A stretch of 35,907 bases of DNA, from positions 1-35,907 of the forward strand of contig JALULO010000112.1 in assembly GCA_027056215.1 (NCBI GenBank), given 5' to 3'. Shown piece by piece: positions 8,538 through 17,695 of this stretch. Position numbers and translations under genes: made by a program. Source of the DNA: Campylobacterales bacterium. GTDB lineage: Bacteria > Campylobacterota > Campylobacteria > Campylobacterales > QNZT01. A model generated the notes under the pieces. The model was given only the letters and a program-made list of their open reading frames with translations, made no database searches and was not told where the DNA came from. Position 1 is the first letter of the stretch, and each line of letters begins with the position of its first letter.

Positions 8538-11500
8538 ATGATATCGCAAAGATTTTTTAGATTTTTTCTTCTAATTATACTATTTATGCTAAATCTACAA
8601 GCAGCAGATAGTTGTACTTCTCCAACAGCTGTACTTAGCCTCAACAATACACTGACAGGTCAATATATAGACAAACCTTTTATCAATGGTCAATCTGGTA
8701 GTGGTGAAGCCCTTTATTATAAGATCACATTATCTCAAAATGGTACACTTGTTTTACGAACCAATATAGATGCAACACACTCTTCTGATACAGTAGATAC
8801 GTACGCTGAGTTACTTGATAGCAGTTGTGCAAAGATTGAAGATGTGCCTATGGTCTCTTCAAATCCTCGTCTTATAAAAGAAGATAAATCACTTGTATCT
8901 GGTACGTATTATCTTAAAGTCTACAACAAAATCGATATCAATGATGGCAGCTTGGAAAACGCAAATGGGTATTTTCAAATCCAAAACACTCTTACAACAT
9001 CGCTCCCAAGTCATGATATCTCTTTTTTTAGAGACCATGTAAACAGTATGCAATCAGGCAGTGAAATCATACAACATTTTTATGTCAGAAATAACGGATC
9101 TGTTTCTACCGCTGCTGTTAAAGTGACTATCCCATCTCATACTCCTGCCGGAAATTTAAACTTTGTCTCTAAAGTCAATTCAACACAATGGAGTTGTAGT
9201 AGTGGCGATCCTATTGTTTGTACACTCAACAGTGGCACCATAGCAACCAACGAAATACAAGAGTTACAATTAAAATATAAATCAAATTATGCTACATCCG
9301 ATAGAACAGTAAGCAATCAGGCAAAAGCTGATATCACCTTTACAGATGCGACTACGATGCAAAAGACTGCAACCAGAAGTGTGGATATATATAAAGAAAT
9401 ACCAGGTATTCATATAGAAAAAAGTGCGCCAGATTCCGTGATACGCAACAATACTTTTGACTATACATGGACTATTGATAACAATGGAACATTGCCAGAT
9501 GACAATGTAACAGTTACAGATAAAATTGGAACTGATTTTGATATCGTCAGTATAAATTATGATGCATCTGTGTGGAAGAACTGTGGTTACAGTGGTAAAA
9601 ATGTTTCATGTGAATTGATTAATCCACTACAACCAGGTTATGCAAATCGTCAATCTTTTCAGATCCAAGTTAAAGCTACAGGTGATCCTGCTAATCCTGA
9701 AGGAGTGACACACTATGCTATTGTAAATGCAGATACCGTTATGGGACATGTTAGTGATGATGATGCAAAAAATGTAACAATCATCGCACAAAGTTTTATA
9801 GCTACCTTAACAAAAACAGCTAGTGTGTCACAAGTGATGGTTGGGCATGATGCGTATTATAATGTTACCGTAGCAAATACTGGTAATAGTGCATTGAGTA
9901 ATGTTCGCATAACAGATAATGTACCTTCTGAGTTAACATTATCGTCGTTGAGTAATACAAGTGGTTGGGATTGTTCTGCATCCAATATCGCTTCAAATAG
10001 TGTAGATTGTACTCTAAATTCAGATTTGGCAGCTGGTGCGGCAAAAAGTTTGAGAGTTAATGTCAAAGGAAAAACAGTAGCAAATAGTGTTACCAATACT
10101 GCTACTGTGAATACTACCGAGGCACCTCCTGCAAATGGATCTGATACTCTGGATGTTATAACAGCAACACCCTCTATAAAAATTTATAAAGGTGGACCTT
10201 CAAACATTAAAAGTCTACATAAATATTATTATACTTTTAGTGTTCAAAATGATGGTTCTGAAATCGATCACAATGTTACAGTCACAGATACTATAGATAC
10301 ACAACTGACTTTACCTACGGACTGGGATGATGCTGTAGATGCCACATGGAGTTGTGGTAAAAGTGGACAAACAGTAACGTGTACCTATGCAAATGATTTT
10401 TATCCTGGTGATTCTACACCAACTTTGTATATCAAAGTACAAGCACCGTATGTTACATCAGATACACCGATTTCAAATACAGCTGTTGTCAATGCGGATG
10501 GATCAGGAATACCGCTTACAGACAGTTCTACAGTGAGTACTACCATAAATACCCCTACAGAGGGGATAAAACTGGATAAGACGGTAAGCTCTCCTACTGT
10601 AAACTCAGCTGCCTATTTTACCTATACACTAAATGTTGAAAACAATGGTACGTTAGATGAAACAACGATAAAAGTGATAGACGATCTTCCTACGCAATTG
10701 GATGGCAATGGTGTGATTGATAGTGGGACAGATGCTGACTTTGATTGTTCTGCATCTTCTGGTAAACATATCGAGTGTACGCTTGCTTCTTTACCTGCAG
10801 GTGTTTCTAAGTTGATAAAGATAAAAGTCAAAGCACCGATTGTTACAACTAATACAACTATAACAAATCATGCAAATACATCGGCAAAAATCGTTGTAGC
10901 AGGTTTTGTAGATGATACGACTACTGCAAATGGACATGTGAGTGTAACTATCTTACCGCCGGCTTCTGATTTGATTATCAGTAAAACAGCTCCAAAGAGT
11001 GTGGCATTGGAAAATGATCTCTTTTATTATACGATCAAAATACGTAATAATTCCATAGCAGACGAACACAATGTTACTATGACAGATGATGTACCACATG
11101 ACTTACAGATTCAAAACATAGTGGCTAGTGGTTGGACGTGTACAACTTCTAGCAATCTCATAACTTGTCAGATGAGTGATCTGCTTGCAAATACACAAGC
11201 TCAGGATATCAATATCAGTGTCAAAGCACCTAATACCATAGCCACACAAAAAACGATAACCAATACGGCTAAAGTCACTTCTGTAAAAGAGATTGGTGGA
11301 AAAACAGCACACGTAGATATAACACTCATGCCTGCGAATAAAGCGTTAAATATGCATATAAGTAGTCATCCATCTACTGTATATGCAGGTAATGAATACT
11401 ATTATAAAATCTTTATGACAAATAATAGTGGTCGTGATATTGATGATATCAATATTACAGATACATTGCCAGCTGATGTGACATATGTACGTTATGACAG

Positions 11501-14500
11501 TGGTGGTTGGAATTGTCACTATAACAGTGTAACGCGTCTCTTTTCATGTGACAATAACGGTACAAAATTTCATGGTGGAGATAAAGAGATAAATCTTTAT
11601 GTGACTGCTCCATCATATGAAACAAATGTCACAAATAGTGCTTCAATCGTTTCAAACCTCTCACCTGAAGTGATTGATGGCAATGTAACAACCACAGTCA
11701 TAGGCAAAACTGCCAAACTAACGTATGCGAAATCACAAAGTGATAAAGCAGTTGTAAAGATAAATGAACCATTTACCTATTCGGTCGCTGTGTTTAATGC
11801 CGGAGATGATCCTTCCTCAGAAGTGAATGCAACAGATATCAATGTTTCTTTTGCATTAGATCAAAATATCTCAGTACTTTCCTATAGTGCACAGGATTGG
11901 AATTGTTCACAAAGTGGACAAAACTTTACCTGTATCTATACCAAAGCACTAGATGTAGGTATCACAACACCAGATGTCAATCTAACAGTCAGTGGCGCAT
12001 CCCCAGGACAGAAGATAACATATATCGCTACAAAAGCTAAAGAGATGCCAACATCTGTTACGGATTCAATCAGTGTTGATATTAAAGATGTGGTACATAC
12101 AGACCTCTCACTAAGTATAGATGATAGTTTAGATCCAGTTGATGCCAATGATGGGTATAATTATACGCTTATAGTACGTAATCCACATATTAGTAAAGCA
12201 GTTGAAGATATCGTTGTAGATATCAATACAACCAGTACACGAGATTATACCTATATAGATTATAGTGATGTTAATGTTTGGAATTGTTCTCATAGCACAA
12301 AACATGTGCGATGTTTATTGAAAAATAATTTACCAGCAGACAGCAATGTCAGCTTACAGCTCAATGTCCAAGCACCCAATCTTTCTACTATCATCGATGT
12401 TAATGCAAGTGTCTCATCACAATATGTCATCGATTTCAATAAAGTAAATAATAGTGCAACAGAATCCACAGATGTTATCGATGCAAACGTAACAGGTGAT
12501 GCGCCAAGAGTGTTTACGAAAGTACCTATTTTAGGTAATGAAGATACCAATATCTTTGGCGATATTATCACGATCGGTAACCAGTCTATTTGTGAGAAAA
12601 ATGCTTTTGGACAGTGTCGAGAACCTAGTTATATGGTCAACGATCTTATAACACAAAAATATGTTAATTTAGATACTTTTTTCGGAATGGGACATAAAAG
12701 TGCAACCAATGCAAAGTTTACTATCAGTAGTGATGATGAGGTAGTATGGGCTGGTTTATATTGGATGGGTAGGATAGATAAGACACAAGCTGGAGCCAGC
12801 ACTAAGATGAAAAATGCCAATAAAGTCTTTTTTCGTCATAACAGTGATACAACATATCATAAGCTTTATAGCGTTAGACACGCAGATGCTATAGATAACA
12901 ATGGCACACTTATTCAAGTTGATAAATTTAACTATATCAATAGCAGCGATTATTTTGATTATCAAGGGATGGCTGATGTCACGGCATATGTTAAAGCACA
13001 TCGTGGTGGTACGTATTGGGTTGCTGATGTACAGTCAAGTGAAGGTGAAAATATTACAGCTGGTTGGAATTTGGTTGTGATTGTGATGGATACAAATGCA
13101 AATCCTGCACACAGTTTGAAAAATATTACACTATTTGATGGTTTTGAAGGTGTATGGAAATCACCAGGGGATACGGGTGATGCTTATCCTGATGAAGTCA
13201 ATGCACATGTCAGTGGTTTCTTAACACCGGCTAACGGTTTGATTGATTCTTCATTATCCTTTTTTGCTTTTGAAGGAGATCGTTTACTAAAAGATAATAT
13301 TCAGATTAGTGATGATGCCTCTATCATGCACACTCTTGTCAATGCCAAAAATCCCGCTGATGATGTAGTAAATGGTACTATTTCAAAAAATGGTATTACA
13401 GTAAGTGACAGGATGCCTCATCTTGATAATACATCAGGGATTGATATAGACCAATTTTATCTTGGTGATATCAATGGTACATTGGGCAGTGGTATTATTA
13501 AAAATGGACAAACATCTACTGATATCAAAATCGCTTCTGATGGTGATAGATTTTTCTTAGGTATGTTCGCGTTTGCTACATCACTATATGATCCAGTTTG
13601 TTATAATCAAAAACTTCAAAGTGCTGATTTCTCTTCACCACTTGGCAGTGAAGTGCATTTGGGTGATGAGATAGGTATTGAAGTAGAGTTTCACAACAAA
13701 GAGGTACAAACATTAAATAATTTTAAAGCATTGACTGATATTGATACGATTCTCAAAGATGACAATACAAGTTTTGAATTGAAAAATATCAATGCTTCAG
13801 GAAATCTTGAAGCAAGTTTTACGGCACAAAATACGCTGTTTAAATTTTCAAAAATAGATACAGGAGATGCAAATCAAACCGAAGTGATCGTAAATGCGGG
13901 TAAAGGATCTAATGGTACAAATGGTGGGGATTTAAGAGCAACGGATAGTATTTTCTTCCGTTATAAAGCAGTTGTTGCTGATTTGTATGATGTCAATAAA
14001 TCCCACAATATCTATAAAGCGATTTATGCACCGGCAAATAAAAAAGTAATGGTTCCTCCATGTGGTGCACAACCGAGTTTTCCAACAGTGAAAAAAAATA
14101 ATACCAGCGGCTTTGCAATAACGCATAAAAATGGTGTTACAGATGGTATCCTTGATGGTTTTGTTGGAGGTGACATCAGTAAACCTTCTAATGAAAACCA
14201 TCTTTTTACGCAAGTTTCAGATACAAACTTTTCAGTTGACATCGTTGCATTGGATGACAATAACAATAAAATGCTTAGATCCAATAACTATAAAGGTATT
14301 TTGAAACTTGATATCGTTGATACATCAGATACAACAAAAGAGTGTAAAACCTATCCAGTGATTGATAGTGACTATGTATCTATGGATGCTATTGTATCAA
14401 CACATACGATTTCATATAGTACTGCTAAAAAATCTGTTGCTTTTAGAACGCATTATCTAGTAGACAGTTATGGTAGATATATTCAATGGGGTTCACTTTC

Positions 14501-16046
14501 TAATAGCCTTACAAATTTTCAAACTATTTTACAAAATGCATCTTTTAGTGATCATCGTTGTCAAACAGAATGTCTCACCTCCCAAAACTTAGACAATTGT
14601 CGTGATTGTGTCTATAAAAATGTTGATAATGGTGGTTTTAGTAAATATACTTGTTCTACTGATAGTTTTGCTATCAAACCAAAAAATATTTCTATCGATG
14701 TTAATAGCACTGCAACAAATTTAAAAGGCGGAAAAACATATAGTCTTGATTTTAATGCTTCATTTTCGGCTTATGATCAAACTATTGATGCTTCTACAGG
14801 AACATTAAACAGGGCATTAAATGTGCCTTCTGGTTGTACGCTCTTGGCTGCAAATACTTCCATCATACCAACAGGTGGATTGGTTTTTAACAATGGGATT
14901 GCCAGTTTGTCATCGTTTACATATCCAAATGTAGGAGATGTAAATATAACATTTGAAGATCATGCGTGGACTATATATGATCAAAATAGTACAGATGCTA
15001 ACATGAGTGATTGTATCTTAGGTAGCAATACAAATACACCTGATTCTAATGGAAAAGTTGGATGTAATATCGCTTCTAAAAAGATGTTTCATTTTGTACC
15101 AGACACTTTTTCAAATAGTATCATTTTAAAAGATTTTAATGCCAGTGGTTTTGTCTATTTATCTCCTGGTGATTCTAATATGGCAGCAACGATTGCATTT
15201 CAAACCAAAGCGGTTTTGGCAAATGGAAGTGTTGCAACAAATTATACCAATGGTTGTTTTGCACAAGATGTGAACTATCAGTTTAGTTTTACCAATCCTA
15301 CTATACCTGCAAATGCTGGTGGTATTAGCTATTTTGATGATGGAGGTGTTACCTCTACTTATCATGGTACACCACATTCAGGAGATTTTGATACCACACA
15401 GAGTCATTTTAATAGTGGTATTGCAAATATAGATATAAAATTTAATTTTAATAAAAATGCGATGGTTGCGGTAAATCCATTTGAAATCAATAAAAATGAT
15501 TTTAATATTACAGGCATTGTTGATACAAATGGTGCAAGTGGAAGTGACTTTAATCGAAGTGTCAATCAAAGTATCCCTTTTTACTATGGACGTTTACATA
15601 TACCTGATATCACAGTAGATAAACCACAATGTACAATGCCTCTGTATTATGAAATATATTGTAAAGATTGTAATAAAAGTCGATATACATTAGCAAACAA
15701 TCCTGAAAGTGTAGACAGTGTTAATTGGTATAATATCAATACAATACATACAACTGCTTTACAGGGAAGTTTCAGTGGTGAACATACGAACAATGGTGTG
15801 CATGTTGGGACAAAAACACTCAAAGGTGTCAATCTCTCTTTAAATGGGATCAAACCACCTTATAAAGATAAAGTTGTTGTGAATCCTTCAAGTTGGTTGT
15901 TGTTTAATCCTTTTGTTGCAACAACAAAAACTTGGGGTAAAGTTGATTTTACAAGTGCTGCAAAAGAGTGGGCTGGTAAAGGAAAGTTGGGTTATACCGT
16001 AGATAGTAATATATCTAAAAGAGATATTAAAAAGATGGATTGGTAA
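8538..16046 (+). CDS. Giant (2502 aa) secreted multidomain surface protein: PPC-like domain, 9 DUF11-like repeats, unassigned central domain, MshQ-like C-terminal module
   Basis: Single uninterrupted ORF. Signal peptide (FFLLIILFMLNLQA). Aa ~55-130 resemble a pre-peptidase C-terminal (PPC) domain (ALYYKITL...GTYYLKVYN). Nine ~95-aa repeats span aa 158-1280. The C-terminal ~650 aa are colinear with the 1297-aa protein: TDSFAIKPK vs TDTFSIRPD, YPNVGDVNITFED vs FNNVGDIGLDLND, FHFVPDTF vs LTFIPDRF, and FYYGR in both. Confidence 0.75.
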   Translation: MISQRFFRFFLLIILFMLNLQAADSCTSPTAVLSLNNTLTGQYIDKPFINGQSGSGEALYYKITLSQNGTLVLRTNIDATHSSDTVDTYAELLDSSCAKIEDVPMVSSNPRLIKEDKSLVSGTYYLKVYNKIDINDGSLENANGYFQIQNTLTTSLPSHDISFFRDHVNSMQSGSEIIQHFYVRNNGSVSTAAVKVTIPSHTPAGNLNFVSKVNSTQWSCSSGDPIVCTLNSGTIATNEIQELQLKYKSNYATSDRTVSNQAKADITFTDATTMQKTATRSVDIYKEIPGIHIEKSAPDSVIRNNTFDYTWTIDNNGTLPDDNVTVTDKIGTDFDIVSINYDASVWKNCGYSGKNVSCELINPLQPGYANRQSFQIQVKATGDPANPEGVTHYAIVNADTVMGHVSDDDAKNVTIIAQSFIATLTKTASVSQVMVGHDAYYNVTVANTGNSALSNVRITDNVPSELTLSSLSNTSGWDCSASNIASNSVDCTLNSDLAAGAAKSLRVNVKGKTVANSVTNTATVNTTEAPPANGSDTLDVITATPSIKIYKGGPSNIKSLHKYYYTFSVQNDGSEIDHNVTVTDTIDTQLTLPTDWDDAVDATWSCGKSGQTVTCTYANDFYPGDSTPTLYIKVQAPYVTSDTPISNTAVVNADGSGIPLTDSSTVSTTINTPTEGIKLDKTVSSPTVNSAAYFTYTLNVENNGTLDETTIKVIDDLPTQLDGNGVIDSGTDADFDCSASSGKHIECTLASLPAGVSKLIKIKVKAPIVTTNTTITNHANTSAKIVVAGFVDDTTTANGHVSVTILPPASDLIISKTAPKSVALENDLFYYTIKIRNNSIADEHNVTMTDDVPHDLQIQNIVASGWTCTTSSNLITCQMSDLLANTQAQDINISVKAPNTIATQKTITNTAKVTSVKEIGGKTAHVDITLMPANKALNMHISSHPSTVYAGNEYYYKIFMTNNSGRDIDDINITDTLPADVTYVRYDSGGWNCHYNSVTRLFSCDNNGTKFHGGDKEINLYVTAPSYETNVTNSASIVSNLSPEVIDGNVTTTVIGKTAKLTYAKSQSDKAVVKINEPFTYSVAVFNAGDDPSSEVNATDINVSFALDQNISVLSYSAQDWNCSQSGQNFTCIYTKALDVGITTPDVNLTVSGASPGQKITYIATKAKEMPTSVTDSISVDIKDVVHTDLSLSIDDSLDPVDANDGYNYTLIVRNPHISKAVEDIVVDINTTSTRDYTYIDYSDVNVWNCSHSTKHVRCLLKNNLPADSNVSLQLNVQAPNLSTIIDVNASVSSQYVIDFNKVNNSATESTDVIDANVTGDAPRVFTKVPILGNEDTNIFGDIITIGNQSICEKNAFGQCREPSYMVNDLITQKYVNLDTFFGMGHKSATNAKFTISSDDEVVWAGLYWMGRIDKTQAGASTKMKNANKVFFRHNSDTTYHKLYSVRHADAIDNNGTLIQVDKFNYINSSDYFDYQGMADVTAYVKAHRGGTYWVADVQSSEGENITAGWNLVVIVMDTNANPAHSLKNITLFDGFEGVWKSPGDTGDAYPDEVNAHVSGFLTPANGLIDSSLSFFAFEGDRLLKDNIQISDDASIMHTLVNAKNPADDVVNGTISKNGITVSDRMPHLDNTSGIDIDQFYLGDINGTLGSGIIKNGQTSTDIKIASDGDRFFLGMFAFATSLYDPVCYNQKLQSADFSSPLGSEVHLGDEIGIEVEFHNKEVQTLNNFKALTDIDTILKDDNTSFELKNINASGNLEASFTAQNTLFKFSKIDTGDANQTEVIVNAGKGSNGTNGGDLRATDSIFFRYKAVVADLYDVNKSHNIYKAIYAPANKKVMVPPCGAQPSFPTVKKNNTSGFAITHKNGVTDGILDGFVGGDISKPSNENHLFTQVSDTNFSVDIVALDDNNNKMLRSNNYKGILKLDIVDTSDTTKECKTYPVIDSDYVSMDAIVSTHTISYSTAKKSVAFRTHYLVDSYGRYIQWGSLSNSLTNFQTILQNASFSDHRCQTECLTSQNLDNCRDCVYKNVDNGGFSKYTCSTDSFAIKPKNISIDVNSTATNLKGGKTYSLDFNASFSAYDQTIDASTGTLNRALNVPSGCTLLAANTSIIPTGGLVFNNGIASLSSFTYPNVGDVNITFEDHAWTIYDQNSTDANMSDCILGSNTNTPDSNGKVGCNIASKKMFHFVPDTFSNSIILKDFNASGFVYLSPGDSNMAATIAFQTKAVLANGSVATNYTNGCFAQDVNYQFSFTNPTIPANAGGISYFDDGGVTSTYHGTPHSGDFDTTQSHFNSGIANIDIKFNFNKNAMVAVNPFEINKNDFNITGIVDTNGASGSDFNRSVNQSIPFYYGRLHIPDITVDKPQCTMPLYYEIYCKDCNKSRYTLANNPESVDSVNWYNINTIHTTALQGSFSGEHTNNGVHVGTKTLKGVNLSLNGIKPPYKDKVVVNPSSWLLFNPFVATTKTWGKVDFTSAAKEWAGKGKLGYTVDSNISKRDIKKMDW
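9009..12380 (+). repeat. Nine tandem ~95-aa Ig-like (DUF11 / conserved-repeat-domain-like) coding repeats
   Basis: Recurrent pattern: Y/F-x-Y-T-hydrophobic-x-V-x-N-x-G, then D/E-x-N-V-T-V-T-D, then W-x-C followed ~8-10 residues later by a second C, ending V-K-A-P or V-Q-A-P. The repeats are divergent at DNA level and recognisable only at protein level. Confidence 0.75.
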
Positions 16047-16049
16047 GAG

Positions 16050-16757
16050 ATGAAAAAAAGTGGATTTAGTTTGATAGAATTAGTATTTGCGATTGTTATT
16101 ATTGCTATTTCTGTCATGACAATTCCTTTGATGCTGTCACAAAGTGCTAAAAATGATAGTTTTTCTCTCATGCAGGAGTCTATCCTTGCAGCAAGAACAA
16201 AGATGGGCAATATTCTCAGTTATATGTGGGATGATAATGCCATTGAAACAAATAGCACGATGATTGTTGTTTTAGATGTAAAAAATGGTGACAGTGAACT
16301 TGATCGTAATATGAGTACACTCAATAGCAATAGAAGAATAGGGCATATTCCAAAAGATAAAAGAAGACATATGATGGAAGGGAACAGTACTGTTATGACA
16401 TTTCCCTCAACTGCTGTGGATGTCAATATAACGGACTTAAACGATTTTGATGCTAAAACTACGTCTATAGCTTTTAGTGGAACTGGAAGTGCAACTGATA
16501 ACTTTGATTATTTAGATAAAAATCTCTCACTTGCAACAAAAGTTTATTATATCGATGATAAAACAGACTATAACGCTACAAATATTACATTTGATTTTGA
16601 TGTAAGTACTAAAAAAAGTATAACAGCTGTAAATAATACGACAAATATCAAAATGATAGAGTTAAATGTAACAAGTCAAAGTTATCAGCCATTTGTATTT
16701 CGTACATTTTCATGCAATATTGGACAATCTAAATATCTCTATAGGACAGCAAACTGA
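16050..16757 (+). CDS. Prepilin-type (type IV pilin / T2SS pseudopilin-like) protein, minor-pilin candidate
   Basis: 235 aa. Class III signal peptide MKKSG|FSLIELVFAIVIIAISV (G-F-S-L-I-E with Glu5). It starts 3 nt after the giant gene stop. Confidence 0.78.
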   Translation: MKKSGFSLIELVFAIVIIAISVMTIPLMLSQSAKNDSFSLMQESILAARTKMGNILSYMWDDNAIETNSTMIVVLDVKNGDSELDRNMSTLNSNRRIGHIPKDKRRHMMEGNSTVMTFPSTAVDVNITDLNDFDAKTTSIAFSGTGSATDNFDYLDKNLSLATKVYYIDDKTDYNATNITFDFDVSTKKSITAVNNTTNIKMIELNVTSQSYQPFVFRTFSCNIGQSKYLYRTAN

Positions 16758-17695
16758 TGCAAATTATAAATGATACTAAACGTGAAGCATTTACCTTGAT
16801 AGAGATTATACTTGTTATTGTGATTTTAGGTATTGTCTCTATGATTGGTGCAGATATTATCGCACATATGTATGAAGGCTATACTCGTTCTAAAATAGTT
16901 AACGAATTGACGCAAAAAACAGAACTATCTATCGAGCAAATTGCAAAACGTTTACAATACAGAATCAAAAACACCACTTTTGCACGAGATAAAAATAATC
17001 CAAATACGATAAAACCCCTCTCTTCTGATGATTTAAATGAGACCTTCAATATGATAGAGTGGATAGGTTATGACAATGAAGGATTTTTGGGAGATTACAA
17101 CGGTTCTGTTAATGTTCCTGGATGGAGTGGTTTTGTTGATTTAAACAATGCCAACACTGATAAAACACAGATTGTGACACCAGGTTCACACCTAAGCTAT
17201 GCAAAAAGTACCATCAATGCACTCTCTTACAATGATATCGATATCTCCGCACCAACACCCGGTAAAGGTCCTGCCATAGTTTTTAAGTGTTGGAACAGCG
17301 TAGAACCAAAGATGTATGGATTTGACTATACCCATCCTAATGATCATAACAATACTTTGCGTGTTAAAAGTGTTGGTGAAGATGTCCTTCAATTTACTGA
17401 AAACCTTAATTCCAAAGAGTTATGTGAACAGTATTATCTAGCATGGTCGGCTTATGCACTTGTACCAGAGGGAAATGATGCAAATGATTTTAATCTAACG
17501 CTCTATTATAATTATCAACCATGGTATGGTGAGAAGTACAGTGATCCGGGAACGAAACATAGTGTTGTTGCTGAGCATGTCAGCACTTTTCGTTTTATCA
17601 AGGTAGGAAATACGGTTCGCATCAAACTCTGTATACAAGATGGTAATCAAACGGGTACAAGTGTTGGTATATGTAAAGAAAAGGCGGTGTTTTGA
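16757..17695 (+). CDS. Prepilin-like minor pilin (MshO/PilW-like size class)
   Basis: 312 aa. N-terminus ...KREA|FTLIEIILVIVILGIV (F-T-L-I-E with Glu5, Ala at -1). The ATG overlaps the upstream stop (TGATG). Confidence 0.7.
   Translation: MQIINDTKREAFTLIEIILVIVILGIVSMIGADIIAHMYEGYTRSKIVNELTQKTELSIEQIAKRLQYRIKNTTFARDKNNPNTIKPLSSDDLNETFNMIEWIGYDNEGFLGDYNGSVNVPGWSGFVDLNNANTDKTQIVTPGSHLSYAKSTINALSYNDIDISAPTPGKGPAIVFKCWNSVEPKMYGFDYTHPNDHNNTLRVKSVGEDVLQFTENLNSKELCEQYYLAWSAYALVPEGNDANDFNLTLYYNYQPWYGEKYSDPGTKHSVVAEHVSTFRFIKVGNTVRIKLCIQDGNQTGTSVGICKEKAVF

Noticed and set aside
9009-12380. The periodic repeats might be a CRISPR-like or tandem DNA repeat array.
   Set aside because: The periodicity is ~285 nt and exists only at protein level inside one continuous ORF. 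There are no short identical direct repeats with unique spacers.
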